From an uncultured Pseudomonadota bacterium (lineage in GTDB: Bacteria > Pseudomonadota > Gammaproteobacteria > Ga0077536), in NCBI GenBank assembly GCA_903825645.1, contig CAIKBL010000027.1:35036-99035 (forward strand): a DNA stretch of 64,000 bases, in the 5' to 3' direction. A model generated the notes under the pieces. That model was not told where the DNA came from and did not search any database. It saw only the letters and a list, made by a program, of their open reading frames with translations. The translations under genes were made by a program, and so were the position numbers. Below are positions 9,549-19,187 of this stretch, one piece after another (within the stretch, counting starts at the first letter, position 1; each line of letters begins with the position of its first letter).

Positions 9549-9764
9549 ATGGAAAACCATCCCTTCATCAAATATCTCGTGATTGGTGTGCTGCTCATGA
9601 TCATCGGGTCATTGGCGAGTGCCTTCAAAGCGCTGTTCACGGGCCCACGGGGGAGCACGGCCGGCGTCAAGGCACTGACCCTCCGCGTCGGTCTCTCAAT
9701 CGGTCTCTTTATCGTACTCATGATCCTATACGCGTTTGGGATCATTCAACCACGCGGGGGCTAA
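9549..9764 (+). CDS. Twin-transmembrane-helix small protein (DUF2909-like), associated with cytochrome oxidase clusters
   Basis: 71 aa with two hydrophobic helices separated by KALTLRVGLS. An AAGAGG RBS precedes it. It is encoded on the strand opposite to the flanking cox genes. Confidence 0.55.
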   Translation: MENHPFIKYLVIGVLLMIIGSLASAFKALFTGPRGSTAGVKALTLRVGLSIGLFIVLMILYAFGIIQPRGG

Positions 9765-9830
9765 ATCGCCGCCGGTCAGCGGTTTCTCAGTATCCGTTAT
9801 CTTCCGAGGAACAGGGGTTTCACCGCAGAC

Positions 9831-9860
9831 AAAAAAGGCGCTCTATGAGCGCCTTTTTTG
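9831..9860. terminator. Bidirectional rho-independent terminator AAAAAAGGCGCTC-tatg-AGCGCCTTTTTT
   Basis: GC-rich stem flanked by an A-run and a T-run, located between the convergent DUF2909 gene (+) and coxC (-). Confidence 0.6.
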
Positions 9861-9877
9861 ACGTCTCGATGGATGGG

Positions 9878-10762
9878 CTAAATCCAGTAGACAAAGATAA
9901 ACAAGCCAATCCAGACCACGTCCACAAAGTGCCAGTACCAAGCGACGGCCTCGAAGGCGAAATGGTGTTCGGGTTTGAAATGACCGCGGATTGACCGCAT
10001 TAAAATCACGAATAACATAATGGTTCCCAAGGTCACGTGGAATCCATGGAAGCCGGTCAGCATGAAAAAGGTCGCGCCGTAGATGCCCGCATTCAAAGTC
10101 AGGCCCAATTCATTGTAGGCGTGTCCGTATTCTTTCGCTTGCAACGACACAAACAAGATGCCCAAGGCGACGGTACACATCAATCCGATGATCAATTGCC
10201 CTCGCTTGTTTAGCTTAAGCGCCCAGTGCGCCCAGGTCACGGTCGCGCCACTGGTCAACAGAATGGCCGTATTCAGTGCCGGCACACCCCAAGCACTCAC
10301 CACTTCTTTCGCTTCCTTGAAGCCGTAATTATTCGGGATTTTCAGCAACGGCCAATCCGCCAGGAAATTCGGCCAAAGGTACATATGGGTGGCTACTTTA
10401 GTTCCTGCGCCAGCCAGCCATGGCACCGACAACACGCGCGTGTAGAACAACGCGCCGAAAAAGGCCGCAAAAAACATGACTTCCGAGAAGATGAACCACA
10501 TCATCCCCATACGGAAACTCGTATCCTCCCAATCGCCGAACTTTCCGTTCTCGCTCTCGGCAATAACGGTTCCGAACCAACCGAAAAGCATATACACAAA
10601 AAGAAGGAACCCCGCGCCCAGTACTTCATGACCCTGGCTGATCTGATTCAGCGTCAGTGCGCCACCCAGAAACATGGTGAAAATCGCGATCGTCGCGATA
10701 ATCGGCCATTGGCTCGATTCGGGTACGTAGTAGTGACGGTGGGCAGTGTGAGCAGTTGCCAT
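9878..10762 (-). CDS. coxC: Cytochrome c oxidase subunit III
   Basis: 294-aa seven-transmembrane protein with the conserved subunit III C-terminal region. Confidence 0.9.
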   Translation of the reverse strand: MATAHTAHRHYYVPESSQWPIIATIAIFTMFLGGALTLNQISQGHEVLGAGFLLFVYMLFGWFGTVIAESENGKFGDWEDTSFRMGMMWFIFSEVMFFAAFFGALFYTRVLSVPWLAGAGTKVATHMYLWPNFLADWPLLKIPNNYGFKEAKEVVSAWGVPALNTAILLTSGATVTWAHWALKLNKRGQLIIGLMCTVALGILFVSLQAKEYGHAYNELGLTLNAGIYGATFFMLTGFHGFHVTLGTIMLFVILMRSIRGHFKPEHHFAFEAVAWYWHFVDVVWIGLFIFVYWI

Positions 10763-10797
10763 AGCGGGGATCTCTCTTTAGAGGTAACTCGATTGCA

Positions 10798-11409
10798 TTA
10801 AATTTTTAAATCTACCGACGCAACGGCATTCGCCGACGCCCGGGCCGTAGCCCGGAAAAAAGTGTAACTGAGTGTCAGCGTCATTATTTTTGGCGGTAGT
10901 TTCGGATTGACGACGAAACGAACCGGCATTTGTTTGGTTTCTCCGGCGGCCAAAGTCTGCTGTGTAAAACAGAAACATTCCGTCTTGCTGAAAAAACGTG
11001 CCGCGGCACTCGGGGCCAAACTGGGTACGGCTTGGCCGGCGACCGCAGCGTTACTCGCATTCGTGGCTTCGAACATCACTAGGGTCTCAGCGCCGGGATG
11101 CACGTCAACATGGGTGATCAAAGGTTTGAATGTCCATGGGAAACCGGCATTTACGCTGGTCAGAAACTCAACCTTCACCACTCGCGCCTGATCTACTTTG
11201 ATCTCTGCCGCTGTGGCCGCAGAGATCCGCCCAGTCTTGCCGTTCAAACCCGTGACATCACAAAACACGCGGTACAACGGGACCAAAGCGTAACCAAAAC
11301 CGAACATGACCAACACCAATAAGAGAAGCCGGGAAATCAGACGCCGGTTGGCGAAATGCAGCGTCGATTTCATGCCGTCAGACGAGATGTCCGAAAAAAT
11401 AGACGGCAT
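10798..11409 (-). CDS. ctaG: Cytochrome c oxidase assembly protein CtaG/Cox11
   Basis: N-terminal transmembrane helix and the Cox11 copper-binding CFCF motif (FSKTECFCFTQQ). The start may instead be at the internal MKSTL. Confidence 0.8.
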   Translation of the reverse strand: MPSIFSDISSDGMKSTLHFANRRLISRLLLLVLVMFGFGYALVPLYRVFCDVTGLNGKTGRISAATAAEIKVDQARVVKVEFLTSVNAGFPWTFKPLITHVDVHPGAETLVMFEATNASNAAVAGQAVPSLAPSAAARFFSKTECFCFTQQTLAAGETKQMPVRFVVNPKLPPKIMTLTLSYTFFRATARASANAVASVDLKI

Positions 11410-11493
11410 AGAAGCCCAGCGAAAGGATCGCGAGAAGCCAAGCGGTACGTCGCGCCCGTTGCCGTCGCATTTCCATGCTGGCCGCTTCCTGCA

Positions 11494-13092
11494 TTACCGG
11501 TAACCACCGTCAATGGTCGCCGGCTCCGGTGGCGTCGCAAAGCTGTGATAGGGCGGCGGTGAAGACAGCGTCCATTCCAGCCCCCGAGCACCCTCCCAGA
11601 CCCTGTCGGTGGCTTTGGCACCGCCACGCACACACTTCACAATGACGATGACAAACATGAATTGAGAAAGACCGAAAACGAATCCGCCGATGCTCGAGAC
11701 CATATTCCAGTCCGCGAACTGCACTGCATAGTCCGGGATCCGACGCGGCATACCGGCAAGCCCGAGGAAATGCTGCGGGAAGAATAAGACATTGACGGAA
11801 ATCGTCGATATCCAGAAATGCCACTTACCGAGCGTCTCGTCATACATATGACCCGTCCACTTCGGCAACCAGAAATAAGTGCCCGCCATCAGCGCAAACA
11901 CCGCCCCGGTGACCAGCACGTAGTGGAAATGCGCGACCACGAAGTACGTATCGTGATACTGGAAGTCGACTGGCGTGACGCCCAACATCAACCCCGAAAA
12001 GCCCCCAATCGTAAAGAGCACGACGAACGCTATCGCGAACAACATGGGTGTCTCGAACGTCATGGAGCTCTGCCACATCGTCGCCACCCAGTTGAAGACT
12101 TTGACGCCGGTCGGTACCGCAATCAGTACCGTGGCATACATAAAGAAGAGCTCACCCGCGAGCGGCATGCCAACCGTAAACATGTGGTGCGCCCAGACGA
12201 TGAACGAGAGGAACGCAATAGCGCCGGCCGCGTAGACCATCGAGCTATACCCGAACAGGGGCTTGCGCGCGAAAGTCGGGATGATCGCAGAGACGATGCC
12301 GAACGCCGGCAAAATCAAAATATAGACTTCAGGATGTCCGAAGAACCAAAAAATATGCTGGAAAAGTACGGGATCACCACCACCGGCAGCGCTGAAGAAG
12401 GAAGTGCCAAAATATTTGTCCGTGAGCAACATCGTGACCGCACCCGCCAATACCGGCATGGACGCGATGAGCAGGAAGGCTGTGATGATCCAGGTCCACA
12501 CGAACAAGGGCAGCTTCATCAAGGTCATGCCCGGTGCGCGCAGGTTGAATACCGTGGCCACCACATTGATAGCACCCGCAATGGAGGAGGCACCCAGAAA
12601 GTGCACCGCAAAAATAAGGAACGGAAACGCCATACCGGTCTGCAGCACTAGCGGCGGTAACATGGTCCAGCCACCAGCGGGACCACCGCCGGGCATGAAC
12701 AGCGTGCTCAGCAACAAGGTGAAGGCGAAGGGCAGAATCCAGAAGCTCCAATTATTAAGCCGGGGTAATGCCATATCCGGCGCCCCGATCATCATCGGGA
12801 TCATCCAGTTCGCGAATCCCGTCCAAGCGGGCATGACGGCGCCGAAGATCATGACGAGTGCATGCAGCGTTGTCATGCTGTTGAACAGTTGGGGATCGAC
12901 GAACTGTAGCCCCGGTTTAAAGAGCTCCAGGCGGATAATCATCGCCATCGCGCCGCCGATGAAAAACATGACGAGCGAAAACACCAAGTACATCGTGCCG
13001 ATGTCCTTGTGATTTGTCGTGGTCAACCAACGGGAAATACCACCGTTATAGTGGTGGCCGTGGTCATCGTGATGGGCTGCTGCTTCGCTCAT
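11494..13092 (-). CDS. coxA: Cytochrome c oxidase subunit I (aa3-type)
   Basis: 532 aa with twelve transmembrane helices and the heme-copper oxidase signature (GHPEVY, histidine ligands). Confidence 0.95.
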   Translation of the reverse strand: MSEAAAHHDDHGHHYNGGISRWLTTTNHKDIGTMYLVFSLVMFFIGGAMAMIIRLELFKPGLQFVDPQLFNSMTTLHALVMIFGAVMPAWTGFANWMIPMMIGAPDMALPRLNNWSFWILPFAFTLLLSTLFMPGGGPAGGWTMLPPLVLQTGMAFPFLIFAVHFLGASSIAGAINVVATVFNLRAPGMTLMKLPLFVWTWIITAFLLIASMPVLAGAVTMLLTDKYFGTSFFSAAGGGDPVLFQHIFWFFGHPEVYILILPAFGIVSAIIPTFARKPLFGYSSMVYAAGAIAFLSFIVWAHHMFTVGMPLAGELFFMYATVLIAVPTGVKVFNWVATMWQSSMTFETPMLFAIAFVVLFTIGGFSGLMLGVTPVDFQYHDTYFVVAHFHYVLVTGAVFALMAGTYFWLPKWTGHMYDETLGKWHFWISTISVNVLFFPQHFLGLAGMPRRIPDYAVQFADWNMVSSIGGFVFGLSQFMFVIVIVKCVRGGAKATDRVWEGARGLEWTLSSPPPYHSFATPPEPATIDGGYR

Positions 13093-13141
13093 TTGCGGTT
13101 CCTCGTTCGACGCAGATTGCAGTATATCAAGGTACGGCGCG

Positions 13142-14029
13142 TTATTGGCGCTGGACCAGAAGGGACCCGGTAGCTACCGGTGAAGCACTGTTTGCGACAG
13201 GCGGCGCGGCTTGTTTATGGCCGGCGATCCACTTGTCGAATTCGGCTTCGGAAACAACGCGGATCACGATCGGCATGAAACCGTGGTCCTTGCCACAAAG
13301 GAGCGCGCATTGCCCGCGATATACCCCTTCTTTTTCGATTTTGGCCCAGGATTCGTTGATGTAACCCGGGATGGCATCGCGTTTCCAACCGAGCGCGGGG
13401 ACCCACCAAGAGTGAATCACGTCGCCGGCGGTGGTGAGAAAACGTATCTTCTTATTTACGGGTAGTACGATTTCGTTATCAACGTCCAGCAGATAATTCT
13501 CTACCGTCGTCGGGTCAATTCCAGAACCCAGTTGACGGGCGACGTTACTTTTCTGGGAAAGCGCGGCAAATACTTCAACACCGCGATCGAGGTACTCGTA
13601 ACGCCATCTCCACTGATAACCCGTCACCTTGATGGTCAGGTCGGACTTACCGACATCCTCCATCATGATAAGCGCCTTGGTGGCGGGAACAGCCATTGCG
13701 ATCAAAATGGCAAAAGGCACGATCGTCCATAGGACTTCAACGGTGGTACTTTCGTGCCACTGTGCTGCAACCGCCCCTTGCGATTTGCGAAATTTAAGAA
13801 TGGACAGAAAGATCGCGCCGAACACGACGATCCCGGTCACAACACAAACCCACAGGATCAACATGTGCAGGTTGTACACGATGTTGCTGTAGGGGGTGAC
13901 ACCCCGGGGAAGATTTAACTCCCAACTGGCATTCGCCATCGCCGGCAGCATCGCCAAAATCGACGCTAGGACAACACCCATGCGACCAGACCGTGTAATC
14001 AAACTCATCATGCTATTAGCTCCCCACAA
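13142..14029 (-). CDS. coxB: Cytochrome c oxidase subunit II
   Basis: Signal peptide and two transmembrane helices, CuA-site motif DVIHSWWVPALG, plus the Cys/His cluster. Confidence 0.9.
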   Translation of the reverse strand: MWGANSMMSLITRSGRMGVVLASILAMLPAMANASWELNLPRGVTPYSNIVYNLHMLILWVCVVTGIVVFGAIFLSILKFRKSQGAVAAQWHESTTVEVLWTIVPFAILIAMAVPATKALIMMEDVGKSDLTIKVTGYQWRWRYEYLDRGVEVFAALSQKSNVARQLGSGIDPTTVENYLLDVDNEIVLPVNKKIRFLTTAGDVIHSWWVPALGWKRDAIPGYINESWAKIEKEGVYRGQCALLCGKDHGFMPIVIRVVSEAEFDKWIAGHKQAAPPVANSASPVATGSLLVQRQ

Positions 14030-14141
14030 GCTCCCAAAGGTGCAGAATCACTCCGTCTCCACGCCCGCCACCCACCTAAGGGTCAGGTTCGATAGATTTA
14101 AAATCTCCGCGCCGTGCCGGGGGACGTTCATCCGGCGCATT

Positions 14142-14651
14142 CTAACGGGTTTTCTCGATGGCGTTAATCAATGCGCGCGCCAATTCAACGCGCTCAGCCT
14201 CTGTGAGGAAATCGCCGAGACTTACCTCGCGCCCGTGCGACGTAAGACTCAAGCGGCTTGGGTACCAAGCATACGGCGCTCCCCGGAGTTGGATTCTCAC
14301 CCAACCGCGATCAAATCGGTAGGTTTCAATGGGCCGATGTCGACCTTTTTCAACAACGACTTGACTCTCCTCAAGCTTCACTACCTCACGCCACTGGCCG
14401 GTATAGCTCACGTAGTAGAACGCCGCCCACAGCAAAAGTACTTCAAGACCGGCGAACGGTAGGACCAAGGGGACGCCGCAGGCCAAGAAAAGAAGACCAC
14501 TCGTCGCCGGCACTAGGCTCAGCAAATAGAGCCACCGTTTAGCTTGAACCCAGGTGAGTGCCCGATGCGGTCGGATAATCCAGACCTGCGGCGTCTCCAC
14601 GGTTGCACTAGACGTCGCCTGCGCGGAGGATATCGAGGTCTGGTGCGTCAC
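14142..14651 (-). CDS. Small integral membrane protein associated with cytochrome oxidase (DUF2244-like)
   Basis: 169 aa with two transmembrane helices and a soluble C-terminal domain. It lies immediately upstream of coxB, a conserved neighbourhood in Pseudomonas-type cox clusters. Confidence 0.45.
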   Translation of the reverse strand: MTHQTSISSAQATSSATVETPQVWIIRPHRALTWVQAKRWLYLLSLVPATSGLLFLACGVPLVLPFAGLEVLLLWAAFYYVSYTGQWREVVKLEESQVVVEKGRHRPIETYRFDRGWVRIQLRGAPYAWYPSRLSLTSHGREVSLGDFLTEAERVELARALINAIEKTR

Positions 14652-15325
14652 TGCACACCATCGAAAACGCGAGCCACCTCTCGCAAATGCTGATCAAAAG
14701 CCGACGCCGTCACCACGCTCATGCAAGGGATCTGTCCCAGGCAGGGAGCAGGCACTCGAGTTTCAATGGCCTCGATAATGGGGTTTGCATAGGCGTACGT
14801 AGGGTCCAGCACATTGGCAACCCACCCTGCGAGTTGGCAGCCGTCCCGCAGGATGGCCTCTACCGTGAGCAAGGTGTGATTGAGGGCGCCGAGCCTAATG
14901 CCCGCGACCAAAATCACGGGTAACTGCCAACGCTTGACTAAATCAGCCGCGCTCAGCGAGTCACTCAGCGGAATGCGCCAACCGCCTATGCCCTCAACGA
15001 GAACGATTTCGGCCACGTCAGTCAACGATCGAAAAGCCGCTTCGAGCGGCGGCCACTCGATCAAACGATGTTCCAAGCGCGCGGCGATGTGAGGGGCTGT
15101 TGGGGCCCGGAAAAGATAGGAGTTCAGATCCGCAACTGCCAAGCCGGGCCACGAGGCGTCTGTGAGCGCCTCTACGTCTTCGTTCAGGTTCCGGAGATCC
15201 GTGCCGGCTGCAATAGGCTTCATACCGGCCGCGCGGATCCCGCGGCTTTTCAGGATCCTGAGCAAGCCGCAAGTCACAGCGGTTTTACCGACTGCGGTAT
15301 CCGTTCCTGCGATAAAGGCATTCAT
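14648..15325 (-). CDS. bioD: Dethiobiotin synthetase BioD
   Basis: MNAFIAGTDTAVGKT P-loop at the chosen start. The ORF-track N-terminal extension is rejected. It is the last gene of the bio operon. Confidence 0.8.
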   Translation of the reverse strand: MNAFIAGTDTAVGKTAVTCGLLRILKSRGIRAAGMKPIAAGTDLRNLNEDVEALTDASWPGLAVADLNSYLFRAPTAPHIAARLEHRLIEWPPLEAAFRSLTDVAEIVLVEGIGGWRIPLSDSLSAADLVKRWQLPVILVAGIRLGALNHTLLTVEAILRDGCQLAGWVANVLDPTYAYANPIIEAIETRVPAPCLGQIPCMSVVTASAFDQHLREVARVFDGVQ

Positions 15326-16206
15326 GGCGCTCGCCGAGTCAGTTGGTGAAGCGGAAAAGTCGACACCGTGCTGCCATCCTGCGCCCGCGCATTCGGCAAG
15401 GGTTTCCAAGCGTGACCGAAAACTACCTCGAAGGTCGCCGGCAGGCAACCCGCCTCCCGACGTGGTTCATACGCTTTTGCCAAGGCGTTAAAGGTTGAGC
15501 GTCCGGTGAGGCCTTGAGCACGGCTGATATGACTGTTGCGGGCCCCGGTACCCCGCAGATCACGCAGCAAGCCCTGCAGTTCGGTATAAGTCAGCGTTAT
15601 ATTGTCGCGGTCGAGGACTGGTGCGGAGAAGCCGCTGCGAATAAGGACATCTCCGACATCATGCATGTCCAAAAAAAAGCCGACGTGGGGATGCTGGTCG
15701 ACGCGCGCCCAGGCTTCGCGAAGTTCGGACAAGGTCCCGGGTCCAAATGTCGAGAAAATGAATAATCCACCCGGCCGCAGCACGCGCTGACATTCGGAAA
15801 ACACCGCCGCGAGATCTTCGCACCAAGGCAGCACGAGATTAGAGAACACGAGATCAACCATCCCATCGGGCAAGCTAAGATGAGCAGCATCAGCGCAACA
15901 AAAAAGCGCCCGGGAGAACCAACGCCGCTTTTGGTTGCGGGCCTTTTCCAGCATAGCGGACGCAATATCAACCAGCAGAATACGCGCCGATCCGTACCGT
16001 TTTTCCAGTAACCGGGCGCTGTGACCGGTACCTGCGCCCAAATCCATGACGAGCGCGGGTTCGATTTGCATGTACGCCAGTCGTTCGAACAACCGTTCAC
16101 CGATCTCCCGATGAAGTACCGCGTATTCGTCGAAGGTGCGCGCTGCGCGATTAAAGGCGCGCCGGACGTTTCCGGCGGCCTGTTGCTTTGGCGGTGTTTC
16201 AGGCAT
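15322..16206 (-). CDS. bioC: Malonyl-ACP O-methyltransferase BioC
   Basis: SAM methyltransferase motif VMDLGAGTGHSARLL. A start at 16206 gives an 8-nt overlap with bioF; the alternative start at 16266 overlaps by 68 nt. Confidence 0.7.
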   Translation of the reverse strand: MPETPPKQQAAGNVRRAFNRAARTFDEYAVLHREIGERLFERLAYMQIEPALVMDLGAGTGHSARLLEKRYGSARILLVDIASAMLEKARNQKRRWFSRALFCCADAAHLSLPDGMVDLVFSNLVLPWCEDLAAVFSECQRVLRPGGLFIFSTFGPGTLSELREAWARVDQHPHVGFFLDMHDVGDVLIRSGFSAPVLDRDNITLTYTELQGLLRDLRGTGARNSHISRAQGLTGRSTFNALAKAYEPRREAGCLPATFEVVFGHAWKPLPNARAQDGSTVSTFPLHQLTRRAP

Positions 16207-17383
16207 CCGCTTTGCCGAGTTGGAATTGAGTTCGGTATTGCGCCAAGGCGTCCACCAACTGGTCAAGATGTCTTGATTCGTGCACCGCGCTGATGCAAAT
16301 ACGTAAACGGGCCGTACCTAGCGGTACCGTTGGTGGCCGGATAGCACGCACATACAGTCCTTTTTCGCGCAAACCTGCGGCAATTTTAAGCGCGGCCCCA
16401 CCCTCGCCAACCCACAGCGGCTGAATGGGAGTGTGGCTGCCAGACAAGGGAAGACCGGTCACATGCGCGGCTGCCCGAAAATATTCTATGTTTTTAATTA
16501 GTTGACGGTGACGTTGGTCATCTGTCGTGGCCAGATGTATGGCCGCTGTCGTCGCAAAGGCCAGCGCGGGCGAAGACGCGGTGTCGTAAATAAACGGGCG
16601 GGAGCGCTGGATAATGTTGTCGATAAGCACGGCCGGGCCGATTACTGCCGCCCCCATCGTGCCCAAGGCCTTTCCAAAGGTGACCATCAACAAGGGCACA
16701 TCATCCTGATTTAGTCCGAAATGCGCGAGGATCCCGCGGCCACCGGCGAGGACGCCAAAACCATGCGCATCGTCGCAGATCAGCATTGCGCGATGGCGCG
16801 CAGCGAGCGCCGCAATTTGTGGGAGTCGAGCCAAATCGCCGTCCATGCTGAACACGCCATCGGTGACCACCCAAGTGCGTTCGGGAAGAGCGCCCTCGAG
16901 CGCTGTCGCCAAAGCATGCATGTCCCCGTGGGGATAACGGACGTTTTTTGCGCGCGACAGGCGAACCCCATCGATGAGAGAAGCATGATTGAGTTCGTCG
17001 GAAATGACCGTTTCATCACGCGAAATCAGCCCGGACAAAAGACCCAGATTGGCCATATAACCGGAAGAAAAAACGACGGCACGATCGCGGCCCGTTACCC
17101 GAGCCAAGGTTTCGGCAAGTGCGTCATGTGCCTCACTGTAGCCAGAAAGTAGGGCTGCGGCGCCGGCGCCGGCACCGTAACGCCGCGCCCCTTCCTGCAG
17201 CGCGCTCACGATCTCTGGATGATTTGCTAACCCGAGGTAATCGTTGCTACAGAAATTCAGGAGTCGCTGCCCGTTGATCGCTATTTGGGCCCCTTGTGGC
17301 GTGGAAAGGGCTTCGAGCGCTCGGGTACCTTCCGCGCGCGCTATCTCCGAAAGTTTAGCCTCGAACCTGGCATAGGAAGGCAT
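16199..17383 (-). CDS. bioF: 8-amino-7-oxononanoate synthase BioF
   Basis: PLP-dependent class II aminotransferase with the PLP-lysine motif TFGKALG and a DDAHGFG segment. Confidence 0.85.
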   Translation of the reverse strand: MPSYARFEAKLSEIARAEGTRALEALSTPQGAQIAINGQRLLNFCSNDYLGLANHPEIVSALQEGARRYGAGAGAAALLSGYSEAHDALAETLARVTGRDRAVVFSSGYMANLGLLSGLISRDETVISDELNHASLIDGVRLSRAKNVRYPHGDMHALATALEGALPERTWVVTDGVFSMDGDLARLPQIAALAARHRAMLICDDAHGFGVLAGGRGILAHFGLNQDDVPLLMVTFGKALGTMGAAVIGPAVLIDNIIQRSRPFIYDTASSPALAFATTAAIHLATTDDQRHRQLIKNIEYFRAAAHVTGLPLSGSHTPIQPLWVGEGGAALKIAAGLREKGLYVRAIRPPTVPLGTARLRICISAVHESRHLDQLVDALAQYRTQFQLGKADA

Positions 17384-17389
17384 TTGTGC

Positions 17390-18421
17390 CTACCCATGCG
17401 CGGCAGTCGCGGTTGTAAGACCGATGCGGTCAAACAAGTGGCGATCGTCAAGGGTCAGTGGATTGTCGGTTGTGAGTAATTGCTCGCCATAAAAAATAGA
17501 GTTGGCACCCGCGAAGAAACACAGTGCCTGCGCTTCGTCAGTCATCTCCTGGCGACCCGCGGATAATCTGACAAAAGACTTGGGCATCATGATGCGGGCC
17601 GTGGCGACGGTGCGCACCATCTCGAAACTGTCAATTTTAGGCTGCGCTTCGAGGGGCGTCCCTTTGACGCGAACCAACATGTTGATGGGCACGCTCTCGG
17701 GCTGCGTCGGCATGTTCGCCAAGGTACAGAGGAGGCTGGCGCGGTCCTCGATGGTCTCGCCCATCCCAATGATACCGCCACAACAAACGTTGATCCCGGC
17801 GTCACGCACGGAGGCCAACGTGTCCAGGCGGTCTTGATAAGTACGCGTGGAGATCACGGTGCCATAGAATTCCGGCGAGGTATCGAGGTTGTGGTTATAG
17901 TAATCCAAACCCGCGTCCTTGAGTTTTGCTGCATGCTCCGGGCGCAGCATTCCCAACGTAACGCAGGTCTCCATTCCGAGGTTTTTCACGGCCTGGATCA
18001 GCGGGATAACCTGGTCGAGATCTTTGTCTTTGGGCGCGCGCCAAGCTGCACCCATACAGAACCGCGTAGCGCCGGCTTCGCGCGCGGCGAGAGCGGCCTT
18101 GGCCACGGTCGCCACATCCAGCAGCCCGCTCGCCTGAACATCGGTTTCGAAACGCGCGCTCTGCGGACAGTAACCGCAGTCTTCCGGGCAACCACCTGAC
18201 TTGATGTTTAGCAGGGTGCTGAGCTGTACCTGATTCGGATTGAAATGCGTGCGGTGTATGCTCTGGGCTTTGAACAAGAGCTCCATGAGCGGCAGACGAA
18301 GGAGCGTCGCCGCTTCGAGCACAGTCCAGTTCTCTTGCGCGGCTTCAGCGTGGCGTAGCCTGTTTTTTTCTTCTTGAAGACTCTGTACCGACATGTCAGG
18401 ACTCCGGAAATAGCGATGCAA
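17390..18421 (-). CDS. bioB: Biotin synthase BioB
   Basis: Radical-SAM CxxxCxxC motif [11 protein letters not shown]. The start could instead be the internal MSVQS. Confidence 0.9.
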   Translation of the reverse strand: MHRYFRSPDMSVQSLQEEKNRLRHAEAAQENWTVLEAATLLRLPLMELLFKAQSIHRTHFNPNQVQLSTLLNIKSGGCPEDCGYCPQSARFETDVQASGLLDVATVAKAALAAREAGATRFCMGAAWRAPKDKDLDQVIPLIQAVKNLGMETCVTLGMLRPEHAAKLKDAGLDYYNHNLDTSPEFYGTVISTRTYQDRLDTLASVRDAGINVCCGGIIGMGETIEDRASLLCTLANMPTQPESVPINMLVRVKGTPLEAQPKIDSFEMVRTVATARIMMPKSFVRLSAGRQEMTDEAQALCFFAGANSIFYGEQLLTTDNPLTLDDRHLFDRIGLTTATAAHG

Positions 18422-18765
18422 TTTACTTGTGCGCTCCTATCCCGCTGAGCGGTAAAGGGATTAGCTTCGTAAACTTAACGCACGGGCCAAAACTTGACAA
18501 CTGGCAAGGAAATGGCCGAATAAAAACAATACTTTTTGGTCGCTGGCGGGCTCTTAATGAGAAGTGGGTTCTGCGGGTTTGGCCCAGCGGCAAACGCTTC
18601 ACGGTCGGCCTTGGCGAAGATCCGGCGTGCCTTTTTCGGCCAACATGTTTGGTGTAGTACAGTTTAAAGGCAACGGCGAGCAGGTGCTGCATCCACCATC
18701 CATGCGTGCAAAGGCATTATTAGTACGTAAGTGATCACTACCTTCTATCTTTAATATCTAAGTAA

Positions 18766-18939
18766 TCACCGACGGCCATGCTCGGCACAGGGCATCGCTC
18801 TCGCCTCAATAGCGAAGGTGTTTAATCGGTTTGCCTTACCAATCATTTCGACATTACGGATCACTGCGTCCTGAGTCAGCGGGCTGTATAAGCGGATGTT
18901 TTCTTCGATGTACTCGGTGTACTGACCAATGCGGTGCCC
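18766..18939 (-). pseudogene. HepT (DUF86) toxin-like fragment
   Basis: Reverse-strand translation GHRIGQYTEYIEENIRLYSPLTQDAVIRNVEMIGKANRL matches the HepT consensus ..QDAVIRNLEIIGEA... There is no start codon, the catalytic Rx4HxY region is missing and the frame ends prematurely. Local GC is about 45%. Confidence 0.5.
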
Positions 18940-18964
18940 TTAATTTTTTTTGCCGCGGCGGGCG

Positions 18965-19126
18965 TTAGATGGGCCAGGCTTCGATCAGCACAGTGGCCAG
19001 GATTTGCGCTGGCATCGCCTTCGGGGTTAGCACATCGACCTTGACGCCGAGGAGCTGACGACGCTCGTCGTGAATGGCCGCTTCCAGCGAGGCACCGGGG
19101 GTCACCTCGGCTTTACAAGCGAATTA
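18965..19126 (-). pseudogene. MntA-type nucleotidyltransferase antitoxin C-terminal fragment
   Basis: Reverse-strand translation KAEVTPGASLEAAIHDERRQLLGVKVDVLTPKAMPAQILATVLIEAWPI*. The N-terminal nucleotidyltransferase catalytic motif is absent. It lies directly upstream of the HepT fragment, the canonical antitoxin-toxin order. Confidence 0.5.
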
Positions 19127-19143
19127 GACAGACGAGGTTTAAA

Positions 19144-19187
19144 GCTGACAGCCCTTTTCGCAACATGCGGGCGAAAAAGGCTGTCAG
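19144..19187. terminator. Long imperfect hairpin downstream of the gyrB stop
   Basis: GCTGACAGCC(c)TTTT ... AAAA(a)GGCTGTCAG inverted repeat immediately 3' of gyrB on the minus strand. There is no clean T-run, so its role as a terminator is uncertain. Confidence 0.35.

Noticed and set aside
11818-13012. Plus-strand ORFs 11818..12651 and 12404..13012
   Set aside because: They are antisense to cytochrome oxidase subunit I, and the translations are Arg/His-rich nonsense.
18423-18692. 89-aa Arg-rich minus-strand ORF and 76-aa plus-strand ORF between bioB and the TA remnants
   Set aside because: There are no motifs, the composition is typical of random GC-rich frames, and the region is more likely the bioB promoter and leader.
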